From: Eledone cirrhosa
Lineage: Eukaryota
Length of the DNA: 64,000 bases
Assembly: GCA_964016885.1 (NCBI GenBank)
Contig: OZ024747.1
Coordinates: 50,220,001-50,284,000, forward strand
Reading direction: 5' to 3'
In this document: positions 29,110 to 43,469 of the stretch, one piece after another
How the letters are laid out: every line of letters starts with the position of its first letter
Numbering within the stretch: position 1 is the stretch's first letter
Position numbers and translations under genes: made by a program
Notes under the pieces: generated by a model
Seen by the model: the letters and a program-made list of their open reading frames with translations, nothing else
What the model was told of the DNA's origin: nothing
The model's database searches: none

Positions 29110-30280
29110 TATGTCTGTGTATGTCTGTGTCTGTGTAAGTCTGTGTCTGTGTATGTCTGTATATGTCTGTGTGTGTCTGTAAATGTCTGTGTATGTCTGT
29201 GTATGTCTATGTATGTCTGTGTATGTCTGTGTCTGTCTGTAGATGTCTGTGTATGTCTGTGTCTGTGTATGTCTGTGTATGTCTATGTATGTCTGTGTAT
29301 GTTTGTGTATGCCTGTGTCTGTGTATGTCTGTGTATGTCTGTATATGTCTGTCTATGTCTGTGTATGTCTGTGTATGTCTGTGTATGTCTGTGTCTGTGT
29401 ATGTCTGTGTATATTTGTGTATGTCTGTATATGTCTGTGTATGTCTGTGTCTGTGTATGTCTGTGTATATCTGTGTATGTCTGTGTATGTCTGTGTCTGT
29501 GTATGTCTGTGTATGTCTGTGTATGTCTGTGTATGTCTGTGTATGTCTGTGTCTGTGTATATCTGTGTATGTCTGTGTATGTCTGTGTCTGTGTATGTCT
29601 GTGTATGTCTGTGTATGTCTGTGTATGTCTGTGTCTGTGTATATCTGTGTATGTCTGTGTGTGTATGTGTGTGTATGTCTGTGTATGTCTGTGTATATCT
29701 GTGTGTGTCTGTATATGTCTGTGTATGTCTGTGAGTGTCTGTGTATGACTGTGTATGTCTGTGTGTGTATGTGCGTGTATGTCTGTGTATGTCTGTGTAT
29801 ATCTGTGTGTGTCTGTATATGTCTGTGTATGTCTGTGTATGTGCATGTCTGTGTATGTCTGTGTATGTCTGTGTATGTCTGTGTGTGTCTGTGTATGTCT
29901 GTGTATGTCTGTGTATGTCTATGTCTGTGCATGTCTGTGTATGTCTGTGTATGTCTCTGTATGACTATATGTGTCTGTGTATGTCTGTGTATCTCTGTGT
30001 ATGTCTGCGCGTGTATGTCTGTATATGTCCGTGTTTGTGTATGTCTGTGTATGTCTGTGTATGTCTGTGTATGTCTCTGTATATGTCCGTGTGTGTGTAT
30101 GTCTGTGTATGTCTGTGTATGTCTCTGTATGTCTGTATGTGTCTGTGTATGTCTGTGTATCTCTGTGTATGTCTGCGTGTGTATGTCTGTATATGTCTGT
30201 GTATGTCTGTGTATGTCTGTGTATGTCTCTCTATGTCTGTGTATGTCTGTGTATGTCTGTGTATGACTGTGTGTGTCTGT
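29110..30280. repeat. (TATGTCTGTG)n 10-bp satellite
   Basis: Directly visible. Confidence 0.96.
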
Positions 30281-30432
30281 CTGTTATTTCACGAGTGTCT
30301 CTTTAGCCAGTCATTTTCTCAAACATGAATTCAGCATTGATTCAGTTTATATAAAATAAGAAAAAATGTGAAACACGGAAGAATGAGAGAAAGAAAGGTA
30401 AAAAAAGATGGCCGACAGTAAGTGGTAGGTAG

Positions 30433-33004
30433 AAGTGAGGTAGAGAGTGAGGTAGAGAGTGGGTTAGAGAGTGGGGTAGAGAGTGAGGTGGAGAGTGAGG
30501 TAGAGAGTGAGGTAGAGAGTGAGGTAGGGAGTGGGTTAGAGAGTGGGGTAGAGAGTGAGGTAGAGAATGAGGTAGAAAGTGGGGTAGAGAGTGAGGTAGA
30601 GAGTGAGGTAGTGTGTGAGGTAGAGGGGGGTTAGAAAGTGGGGTAGAGAGTGGGGTGGAGAGTGGAGTAGTGTGTGAGGTAGAGAGGTGGTTAGAGAGTG
30701 GGGTAGAGAGTGAGGTAGAGAGTGAGGTAGAAGGTGAGGTAGAAAGTGGGGGAGAGAGTGGGGTAGAGAGTGAGGTAGAGAGTGGGGTAGAGTGGGGGTT
30801 AGAGAGTGGGGTAGAGAGGGGGTTAGAGAGTGGGGTAGAGAGGGGGTTAGAGAGTGGGTAGAGAGTGGGGTAGAGAGTTGGGTAGAGAGTGGGGTAGAGA
30901 GGGTGTTAGAGAGTGGGGTAGAGAGTGGGTTAGAGAGTGGGGTAGAGAGTGGGTTAGAAAGTGAGGTAGAGAGTGGGGTAGTGTGTGAGGTAGAATGGTG
31001 GTTAGAGAGTGGGGTAGAGAGTTGGGTAGAGAGTGGGGTAGAGAGTGGGGTAGAGAAGGGGTTAGAGAGTGGGGTAGAGAGTGAGGTAGAGAGTGAGGTA
31101 GAAAGTGGGGTAGAGAGTGGGGTAGTGTGTGAGGTAGAGAGGTGGTTAGAGAGTGGTTAGAGAGTGGGGTAGAGAGTGGGGTAGAGAGTGGGGTAGAGAG
31201 TGAGGTAGAGAGTGGGGTAGTGTGTGAGGTAGAATGGTGGTTAGAGAGTGGGGTAGAGAGTTGGGTAGAGAGTGGGGTAGAGAGTGGGGTAGAGAAGGGG
31301 TTGGAGAGTGGGGTAGAGAGTGAGGTAGAGAGTGAGGTAGAGAGTGAGGTAGAAAGTGGGGTAGAGAGTGGGGTAGTGTGTGAGGTAGAGAGGTGGTTAG
31401 AGAGTGGGGTAGAGAGTGAGGTAGAGAGTGAAGTAGAGCGTGAGGTAGAAGGTGAGGTAGAGAGTGGGTTAGAGAGTGGGGTAGAGAGTGGGGTAGTGTG
31501 TGAGGTAGAGAGGTGGTTAGAGCTTGAGGTAGAGAGTGAGGTAGAGAGTGAGGTAGAGAGTGAGGTAGAGAGTGGGTAGAGAGTGAGGTAGAGAGTGGGT
31601 AGAGAGTGGGGTAGAGAGTGGGGTAGAGAGTGGGGTAGAGAGTGGGATAGAGCGTGGGTTAGAGAGTGAGGTAGAGATTGAGGTAGAGAGTGAGGTAGAG
31701 AGTGAGGTAGAGAGTGGGGTAGAGAGTCAGGTAGAGAGTTGGGTAGAGAGTGGGGTAGAGAGTGGGGTAGAGAGGGTGTTAGAGAGTGGGGTAGAGAGGG
31801 GGTTAGAGAGTGGGGTAGAGAGTGGGTTAGAAAGTGAGGTAGAGAGTGAGGTAGAGAGTGAGGTAGAAAGTGGGGTAGAGAGTGTGGTAGAGAGTGAGGT
31901 AGTGTGTGAGGTAGAGAAGGGGGTTAGAAAGTGGGGTAGATGATGGGGTAGAGAGTGGGGTAGTGTGTGAGGTAGAGAGGTGGTTAGAGAGTAGGGTAGA
32001 GATTGAGGTAGAGAGTGAAGTAGAGCGTGAGGTAGAGAGTGAGGTAGAGAGTGGGTTAGAGAGTGAGGTAGAGAGTGAGGTAGAGAGTGAGGTAGAGAGT
32101 GAGGTAGAGAGTGGGGTAGAGTGGGGGTTAGAGAGTGGGGTAGTGAGTGGTGTAGAGAGTGGGGTAGAGAGTGGGGTAGAAAGGGTGTTAGAGAGTGGGG
32201 TAGAGAGGGGGTTAGAAAGTGAGGTGGAGTTTGAGGTAGAAAGTGCGGTAGAGAGTGAGGTAGACAGTGAGGTAGTGTGTGAGGTAGAGAGGGGGTTATA
32301 AAGTTGGGTAGAGAGTGGGGTAGAGAGTGGGGTAGTGTGTGAGGTAGAGAGGTGGCTAGAGAGTGGTGTAGAGAGTGAGGTAGAGAGTGAGGTAGAAAGT
32401 GGGGTAGAGAGTGGGGTAGAGAGTGGGGTAGAGTGGGGGTTAGAGAGTGGTGTAGAGAGTGAGGTAGAGAGTGGGGTAGAGAGTGAGGTAGAGAGTGGCG
32501 TAGAGAGTGAGGTAGAGAGTTGTGTAGAGAGTGAGCTAGAGAGTGGGGTAGAGAGTGAGGTAGAGCGTGGAGTAGAGAGGGATTTAGAGAGTGGGGTAGA
32601 GAGGGGGTTAGAGAGTGGGGTAGAGAGGGGGTTAGAGAGTGGGTTAGTGAGTGGGGTAGAGAGTGGGGTAGAGAGGGTGTTAGAGAGTGGGGTAGAGAGT
32701 GAGGTAGAGAGTTGGGTAGAGAGTGGGGTAGAGAGTGGTGTAGAGAGTGGAATAGAGAGGGGGTTAGAGAGTGGGGTAGAGATGGGGTTAGAGAGTTGGA
32801 TAGAGAGTGGGGTAGAGAGTGGGGTAGAGAGAGGGTTAGAGAGTGAGGTAGAGAGGGGGTTAGAGTGAGGAAGTGGGTGCGGTAGTGAGTGGGTTCGAGA
32901 GTGGAGGTATAGAGTGAGGTAGTGTGTGAGGTAGAGAATGAGGTAGAGTGGGGGTTGGAGAGTAAGGTAGAGAGAGGTTTGGAGAGTGAGGTAGAGAGGG
33001 GTTA
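30433..33004. repeat. 12-bp G-rich minisatellite (GTAGAGAGTGRG)n
   Basis: Directly visible; explains the VESE/VESG pseudo-ORFs. Confidence 0.96.
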
Positions 33005-33210
33005 GTAAGTAATAAAAGATTAAAATGAGTTTAAATTCAATCATACTCGCCAATAATTTTGTAAACATAACAAGTAAATGTCCCCAATTTGAATTTCAAT
33101 TTCAAATTATGTGTGCTACGCTCTTCAGAATTGAAAATAGAGAAAATTGACATAATATATCTTATTTTTATGATGGTCGTTATTATATTTCATTATTATT
33201 ATTATTATTA

Positions 33211-33390
33211 TTGGTGGATTGACAGTATCGGTAGAGAGTCGGACAAGATGCTTTGCAGCATAGTTACGGCCCTTTATGTTCCGAGTTCAAATCCCGCCGA
33301 GGTTAACTTTGCCTTTCATCCTTACGGGGTCGATAAAATAATGTACTGGGTAATTGCTGGCCAAAAGTAGAAACAATTATTATTATTATT
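33211..33390 (+). mobile_element. SINE family 1 with (TTA)n tail
   Basis: Full-length match to 637-822. Confidence 0.88.
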
Positions 33391-36209
33391 GGTGTGATCG
33401 GACATCTTTATGCTCGCTCCCGTAAGTTTCTTTATTTACCTATCATAAATCATTTATTGTAAATTTTTGTTGACGTGTAAGGTAAAGTATAATATTTGGG
33501 CCAAAAGGCCCAAATATTTGAACTTTTTATATTTAAAAATTATTTAAAAAAAAAACATGACTGAGCCCCCCCCCCCCCCCCCCCCCCCTCCCCCACCCCC
33601 CCCCACCGATATGTCTGCTGTCGTGTGACAGCGGCGTAAACATTGTGAGGAGGGTTACGGTGAACACAGAAACTGATACAACAAACACCACAACAAACAA
33701 CGTGAACAAAGACAGCAATGACAACAACACTGAGAACACTAATTTTGAAAAAAATGACCACATCAACTACAACAGTAACAGCTTCAACCAAAATACAGAC
33801 AACAGACAAATTGACAGCAAATGCAACAACGAAATTAACACCACTAACAAGAAAATGAACAGCGACAACACCAACAGCAATAATACAAACTGCACCGAAA
33901 GCAACAACAACAACGGCGGCACCAAAAACACAACCAACTGCAACAGTGATAACAGCAACAACAGCAACAACACGAACAATACGGTTTGTAGCAGTAACAA
34001 CAGCAATATCACCAACAAGAATACCAGTAGTAGCAGTAGCGCTAGCAACAATGATGCCACTGAAAAAGAGACCATCTCTTTTGCAAAGGTGACTCGCAAC
34101 GTAGAAACAGTCCTTGTCACAGAGGAGGAGATGACGGTCGCAAGACACATGGTAACCAGAACTGAATTTTCCGTGTCCTTGATACAACCAACCGACATCC
34201 TGGAGGAAAAGAGCGACGCACCGTGTCATACCGCAGGATTGCCACGAAATCGTGTGTTGAGAGCCACGGAGGCCCAAATCCAGAAGGCCTTGGAAACTGT
34301 GTGGGCACGGAAAACCCACATCACCCGTGGCAAGAAGTATGCTACCGTGGACGTCCTTTTTGCTACCACCCAGGAAGCAAAATCGCACTCACTGAGGACC
34401 CTACGAAGTGATGAAATAACATTAGTCCCGTTTTAATGCGGAACAAAAATTGCAAAGGTAATCCCGGTCCCACCCTACGTACCCGTGCCTTGGCGTCCCC
34501 TCTCGCCGCTCTTCTACGTGTTGGATCTCGAGCCGTTACTGCATAAATTGGAGGCGATGAGAGGCATCCCACGCGAACTGGGATGTCGGAGATCCGTATC
34601 AGCTTACGCCGACGACGTCAACATGGTGGTTTCAGGAACCGGATATGTCCAGATTCTCGGCACCGCTCTCAAACAATATGAAGCAGTGACAGGAGCAAAG
34701 TTAAACCAGGAAAAGTAGTGGGCTTGTAGCTCGGCACCTGGAGAGGCAAGTCCAAGTCGTCTGACAGCGTTGTGGGGGCGCTGGACGGAAGGACAGGTTA
34801 AATTGCTCGGGGTCTGGTTCGGTCCGGACCTCCAGATGGAGAAAAACTGGAGCGAGGTGACAAGCAGGGTGGCCTCTCTCACCCAGAAGTGGGCCGAGAA
34901 GAAGCTGTCCCTGAAAGGTCGGACAGAGGTGGCGAAAACGTACATCGCGTCCGTCATCTGCTACCGCCTGACCGTTGTGTTGCCCCGGCCCAACTCTGAC
35001 AAAAATAGAGCTCCTCCTCTTCCGCTTTTTATGGAAGGGACGTACTCCCATGGTCAGACGATCCATCTGCTCTCAACACCCGTACGTGGAGGACTGGGCA
35101 TGCCGTGGCTGATGATGCGAAAACATGCGCTGAGGCTGCGACATTTCTGGTACTTCCTTGACGGTGAACAGGTGTGGTCGCCGTTTGCCAGACACGCTTT
35201 CCCTCAGCTCGTCTCCTTGACGGAGCTGCAGTCCTGGATCAGCAAAAGACCGAGGGATAGCGCTTGGAAGCTGGAATGTCTCCAAGCGCTCACAGCCTTC
35301 TACCAGCTGGGCACTAGTAACGGTGGAACATCCACCTCGGCGTTCTATAGAGGACTAGTGGAGGGAAAGAGCGCCGACGTTCTCGGGAGGCCCTGGGCGT
35401 CGAAGACGATCAGCTGTTCGCTCTCTTCAAGAGAACTTTCAGCCCTGATCCTATGGACAACTTCCAGAAATCCCTGGCCTGGCAGTATACCGGGGAGCGT
35501 TGCCGGTTCGGGATAAGCTCTACAGGAAGTGCCGTCAGCCGAGCCTATCCGAGATCCGCACCGGGCGACGAAACCGTCCTGCACGCACTCGTTCAGTGCC
35601 CGAGGATTGCTGACTTGTGGAGCTATGTCGAACAGATGCTGTCTCGTGTAGGATGAATCCGGTTATCGACTGAGTCCATTGTGCAGATAGCCCTGCCGTC
35701 CTCCTTTAAAGAGGAGGCAGGGCACGCAGTTTTAATATGCCTGGTGTCAATGGCGAAAGAGTTTGTATGGTGGACAAGGTTGAAAGGATTGAAAACGGAC
35801 ACTTTCCTCTTCGGTGAATCCCTGATTACGTTTTTCATGTTTCAGTTGAAGAGGGAAATCAGGGTGGAGAGACAAGTGCTGTCTTCTAGTAAGTTTGTTG
35901 AAAGGTGGGTGAAAGTGGCAAGTCTGGTCTGAGTGAACGGGCCCGCTCTGAGTATGCACCTGTAGACTGAGGATGGAAAACTGAGAGAGGGCACTTGCCT
36001 TGGTGGTCAGGGTGGCCGTGGTCTTTTGTGTGGTTTTTGCCACGAGTGACCCTCGGAAATTTCCCCCCTATTGGGGAATTTTTGTTTGAATTTTTTTGAT
36101 ATTTCTATCTTCTTCTTATAACCTTTTTTACACTTTGTATCGTCCTGTACCGTTCTGTGCAGTCTGTAATGTTTTTCTTCATGTTAGCCCTTGTGGCCAA
36201 TAAAGAAAC
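33391..36209 (+). mobile_element. Internally deleted Tx1-like LINE, probably retaining both ends
   Basis: Putative 5' UTR, ORF1 N-terminus (33645-34436), then an abrupt jump near 34490 to RT (PLSPLFYVLDLEPLL, SAYADDV), the C-terminal region and a 3' UTR ending aataaagaaac; (TTA)n on both sides. Confidence 0.85.
33645..34436 (+). pseudogene. Tx1-like ORF1 N-terminal part (Asn/Thr-rich, then a globular domain)
   Basis: Lies upstream of the RT. KYATVDVLF is shared with the ORF1 remnant near 55680 (-). Confidence 0.65.
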
Positions 36210-36269
36210 CATTATTATTATTATTATTATTATTATTACTACTTTGTATATATATATATCTGTCATCCA

Positions 36270-36390
36270 TGGTTCAAATCCCGCCGAGGTTAACTTTGCC
36301 TTTCATCCTTACGGGGTCGATTAAATAAAGTACCAGTAATGCACTGGGTAATTGCTGGCTTGTGCCAAAAGTAGAAACAATTATTATTAC
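36270..36390 (+). mobile_element. SINE family 1, 5'-truncated
   Basis: ggttcaaatcccgccgaggttaactttgcctttcatcc...gtagaaacaattatta. Confidence 0.85.
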
Positions 36391-36392
36391 TA

Positions 36393-36424
36393 CTTTGTGT
36401 AAACCCTTGTGGTTAATAAAGAAA

Positions 36425-36426
<2 letters not shown>
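36393..36426 (+). mobile_element. 34-bp Tx1-like 3' tip in a SINE tail
   Basis: cccttgtggttaataaagaaatc matches the 3' end at 36188-36210 and is followed by (TTA)n. Confidence 0.65.
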
Positions 36427-36466
<40 letters not shown>

Positions 36467-36469
36467 TTA

Positions 36470-36522
<53 letters not shown>

Positions 36523-36531
36523 GAGATAGAT

Positions 36532-36585
<54 letters not shown>

Positions 36586-36604
36586 GGGGAGAGAGAGAGA
36601 GAGA
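36427..36604. repeat. (TTA)n then (AG)n microsatellites
   Basis: Directly visible. Confidence 0.97.
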
Positions 36605-37300
36605 CTCTGCGGGAGTATGCCATCGATGGACAGCTTCTTACTGTTCTGATGTCTCTATCTAACTCCAGAGTATTAGTGTTCGGACAAATGATGCTCAATC
36701 GAAACCATTCAACGTGGGAATCGAACTCTGCCAAGGGTGTGTACTGTCACCTCTCCTGTTCATAATCTTCATGAACATGATTGACATGCGCAGCAGGGTT
36801 GGACGTGGTATCATGACTGGTGGGTGCAAATTCAGTCGACTGGAATTTGCAGATGACATGGTGTTACTTCACTGGGCAGAAGATAATCTTCAATTTGCAC
36901 TTGATAGGTTTGATGCCGAGTGCTGCATGGCTGGAATGAAAATCAGTGCTGGGAAGACTAAGGCATTCGCCCTCTCAAGGAAGCCTGCGCAGTGCACTCT
37001 ACATGTGAATCTCGGGGCCATATTCACATTTGATGGAAGGCAGGAGGCTGAATTAAGTGCAAGAATTGCAGGGGTTGTGGCTAATGCCCAGGAAAGAATC
37101 ACGTCATTTACTGAGCAAACTCTATCGGCAGAAAAACCCAGGGGTAGATCCCGAGCAAGAAGGTTAGATAACATCCATGAACTTAGCTAGTCACGCCTGG
37201 GGATCCAACCGAATCAGTTTGACACGGTTTCTTCTGACAGGACCCGCTGGAAGAAGTGTTTGAGGACTTTACCCGCACGACCCTCTAAGGAATAAATGGA
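36605..37300 (+). pseudogene. RTE-clade LINE RT and C-terminal fragment
   Basis: CQGCVLSPLLFIIFM, LEFADDMVLL, GMKISAGKTK, KPRGRSRARRLD, then DRTRW; internally deleted. Confidence 0.85.
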
Positions 37301-37368
37301 TGACAGATATATATATATATATAATATAAAACGAAAAATCAGTGATGCATCTGAAATCAATTTATTGT

Positions 37369-37457
37369 GTGTTCCAATTGTTTCGCCGGCGGACAGCTCG
37401 AGACACGATCATTGCATGGATCTTGTCTGACTCTGGTCCTGCGGGCTCGTCGGACAC
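37369..37457 (-). ncRNA. Degenerate type I hammerhead with a long stem II
   Basis: Minus strand: GTGT CCGACGA GCC..GGAC..AGACA.GATC loop GATC.TGTCT..GTCC..GGC GAA ACAATTGG A ACAC. U4C and U16.1G changes. Confidence 0.7.
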
Positions 37458-37580
37458 GTCAAATGCTTTCGGAGCAAATTCTTTCATATATATATATATA
37501 TTTATATATATATATATATATCTTTGTGTGTGTGTGTATCCATATATCTACGTACACAAAATGTATACATATGCATATAA

Positions 37581-37617
<37 letters not shown>

Positions 37618-38198
37618 GATGGGCATATATTTAAATAGATCTATAAATATATGTGCATCTGAGTTCGTATATGTAAGAATATACGTATGTATGTATGTAT
37701 GTATGTGTATGCACATATACAGACAATAGGTACATATATATGCACATATGTATACACAGAAACGTATGTCAGTAAATATACAAATATGCATGGATTCTTG
37801 TTCTTTTTATGTATCTTAGAAAACATGTATGTGCATATGTATAGATTTATGTATATAACTATGTGTGTGTTTATGGAGATGTCTGAACAGTATATTTGAA
37901 ACTCGTTTCTCATTTCTTTAAGATATTCACCAATGTTAAGTTTGAATCACTTTTGTTTCGTTATTAAGTTAAAGCTATATATATATATATATACGTGTAT
38001 ATAACAGACGCATACACAACCACTCACACTAACATATTATCACACAATCTGACTCACTCATATACATATTCAAACACACAGTGACAATATACACAGACAC
38101 CCATTGCAGAGAACACACAGCCATTAAAATACCTGAATTCCTCTCTACCCAACCCACTTTTTCAATCATGCATTTTTTTTTGTTTTTTCATCATCATC

Positions 38199-40420
<2,222 letters not shown>

Positions 40421-40859
40421 ATCTCGATATAAACATTTTACCGTATTTTAATTTACTAAATTCAATGCATTCCACCCTCTTCGCCTCTCTCCCCCTCTCC
40501 CCGTATATTTCCACACCTCCCCCTCCTCATCTTTCTCGTCTCAATTCCCTTCATATTCTTTTAACTTATATGCCCCCTCTCTCTCTCTTCCCCTCTCTTT
40601 CCCTTCTCTCCTTCATCTTCCCCCCTCTATCTTCCCCTTCTCTCTCTCCAAAATCCTGAAACATTCACCCTAAACAAATGAAAATCAAGCAGCCATTTTG
40701 TTTCACCTTTCCCCTCCCTCTCACTCGTTCTGAACTCATTCCTTCCCCGTCAATCTAGTCTTTCAATCTAATCCCCCACCCTCATCTCATACACTACATC
40801 ATTATGCCTGCAACTTTTACTTCTCACCTTTTTTTCTTCCTTATTTATCATTCTTTCGA

Positions 40860-41019
40860 TTCTTTTCCTCTTTTTCATCCCTTCTTTCTGTCCCTCTTTC
40901 TTTCATTCTTCCTTTGCTTCTTTCCTTCTTCTCTTCCCTTCTTTCCTCCTTTCATTCTTTCCTTCTTTCCTTCTTTCTTTCCTTCTTTTCTTCTTTCTTT
41001 CTTTTCTTCTTTTTTTCTC

Positions 41020-41052
<33 letters not shown>

Positions 41053-41315
41053 TTTCTTTCTTTCTTCTTTCTTCTTCTTTCTTTCTTTCCTTCTTTCTGT
41101 CTCAGTTTTCTCTCTATGTTTTCTTCATTCGTTCGCTCGTTTGTTTGTGTCTTTCTTAGTTTTTATCTTTCATTCTATCATCCATTTTTCTTTCGTTCTC
41201 CTTTGATTTTTTTCATTCTATATTTCTTCCTTTCTCCTTTCTTACTTTCGTCCTTTCTTTTGTTTTCCTTTCCTCTGTTATCTTCTTCTTCTTCTTCTTC
41301 TTCTTCTTCTCTTCT
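40860..41315. repeat. (TTTC)/(TTC) low-complexity tract
   Basis: Directly visible. Confidence 0.9.
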
Positions 41316-41449
41316 TGTTTTCCACATTCATTTTGTTTGTTTCTTTATATATGTTCCTTTTTGTCTTTTTTCTTTCTCTTCCTGCTTATTCTATCTTTTT
41401 CTCATACCTTAATTCCTTCCTTACTTCCTTCCAGTCCAGACCCCCCCCC

Positions 41450-41682
41450 CTCACACACTCCCCCCACACACACACTACACCCCTAACATACTACCCCCCT
41501 CACACACTACCCCCTATCACACACTACCCCCTCACACACTACCCCCCTCATCACACACTACGCCCCCTCACACACTACCCCCTCACTCACTACCCCCATC
41601 ACATACTACGCCCCTCACACACTAACCCCCCCACACTACCCCTATCACACACTACCCCCTCTCACACACTACCCCCCCCCCC
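41450..41682. repeat. ~16-bp (cacactacccccctca) minisatellite
   Basis: Directly visible. Confidence 0.85.
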
Positions 41683-42070
41683 ACATTCCAAAATTACCTC
41701 CAAAATTTAATCCACTTCAAATATTGGACAACATTCATGAACACCACCCCGCCGCCTCCACCTCCACCACCTCCAACACCACCACCACCTCCACCACCAC
41801 CACCACCGCCTCCACCACCGCCAACAACAACACCACCACCACCACCACCGCCTCCACCACCAACAACTACAACACCAACAACAAGATCATAAAAATAAAA
41901 GAAACATGAAATAACTACAAAACAAACAACAAAAATGGTGACAGTCAAATGTAGATAAAAGAAGACATAAGCAAGATGGCCAGGAAGCACGTCTGTATAT
42001 ATATATATATATTACTGCCAAGACTGGAATTGAACCATCAGCACAGTTGAGGTATGTCAGACATCAATTT

Positions 42071-42134
42071 ATTTTATCTGATGAGGACGTACTGAGGAAA
42101 CAGCACAGTACCTCTGAAATATATATAATAGAAT
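42071..42134 (+). ncRNA. Type I hammerhead
   Basis: ATTTTAT CTGATGA ggacGTACTG...CAGTACctct GAA ATATATAT A ATAGAAT. Confidence 0.8.
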
Positions 42135-42176
42135 ATATTTGATCACATGAATGTCTATATTTATTAATACTTTGAA

Positions 42177-42242
<66 letters not shown>

Positions 42243-42321
42243 GTATTTCCGTAGGAAAGGTAAAGGAAAAGAGAGTGCTGTATGTAGGCTACAGAGCTGT
42301 TTAGTTATGTAATAAACAACA

Positions 42322-42474
42322 TAATTAATTCATTTACCAGTGGTTTCTTGAAGACAGATATTTATATCTGTCTTCAGTCGTCAGAAAGAATAATCTGGAA
42401 TCTTATTCTTTCTGACGACTGAAGACAGATATAAGTATCAGTCTTCAAGAAACCACTGGTAAATGAATTAATTA
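42322..42474. ncRNA. Head-to-head hammerhead pair (42328-42391 minus; 42405-42468 plus) with a 9-nt spacer
   Basis: ATTCTTT CTGACGA c TGAAGACAGATA taag TATCAGTCTTCA a GAA ACC act GGT A AATGAAT and its mirror. Confidence 0.88.
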
Positions 42475-42485
42475 CCTTATGAAAT

Positions 42486-42525
<40 letters not shown>

Positions 42526-42530
<5 letters not shown>

Positions 42531-42850
42531 AATGAATAATAACAGGTAGACATCATAAAAAGGTAATTTATTCCGTGTGCTTACAAATGTTTCCACGGTT
42601 GTACTACAGCCTAGTTATGCTATGTGCAAATTTACAAGTATTTGCAGAACTCAAATATCCAATGCTGTGACCACTGTATCCTCAGAGCAGAATGTTAAAA
42701 AGTGGTCATAGCATTGGATATTTGAGCTCTGCAAATACTTGTAAATTTGCACATAGCATAACTAGGCTGTAGTACCACCGTGGAAACATTTGTAAGCACA
42801 CGGAATAAATTACCTTTTTATGATGTCTACCTGTTATTATTCATTCTTTA
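42526..42850. mobile_element. Inverted terminus pair (150-bp arms) with an HHR at 42578-42689 (-)
   Basis: Arms 42526-42675 / 42701-42850. Minus strand: TGCT CTGAGGA TACAGT..~75 nt..ACCGTG GAA ACA tt TGT A AGCA. The plus arm starts inside stem II. Confidence 0.8.
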
Positions 42851-42990
42851 CATACACTCCGGAATACAGAAGGATCAGGAACTAAATTTCTTCAACAATT
42901 CTTCCATAACTCGTAGAGTAACCTCTTACCGTACGTCAACCATATCCAGTGTAGTAATTAACCATTACTACATCTTGGATAATCCTATAC

Positions 42991-43048
<58 letters not shown>

Positions 43049-43129
43049 AGGTGAGCTTTATTGTAGTACAATAAAGCAATGCAGATATCGGATAAGAAGC
43101 ACTCTACAGTTTGTAGGACTGGAGTATAC

Positions 43130-43469
43130 ATAATATATAAGATCAAAAGATGGTTAAAGGAGTTCCATGTATTTTATTATGCGCATTTCAAAAACAAACA
43201 TCATCATGCAATAATATTTGTGTTTTCATCAGATAAAACAGGAGGACATGATATGAAGGCTAAAAAACACTTGTGGATAGTGCAGTTTTAAATCAACATA
43301 TGTTGATTTAAAACTGCACTATCCACAAGTGTTTTTTAGCCTTCATATCATGTCCTCCTGTTTTATCTGATGAAAACACAAATATTATTGCATGATGATG
43401 TTTGTTTTTGAAATGCGCATAATAAAATACATGGAACTCCTTTAACCATCTTTTGATCTTATATATTAT
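43130..43469. ncRNA. 340-bp spacerless palindrome with two HHRs (43172-43238 minus; 43361-43427 plus)
   Basis: Centre aatcaacat|atgttgatt; TTTTAT CTGATGA aaacacaaa...tttgttttt GAA ATGCGCAT A ATAAAA. Confidence 0.88.

Noticed and set aside
30422-33068. VESE/VESG and STPL repeat ORFs
   Set aside because: They are translations of the 12-bp minisatellite, with frequent frameshifts
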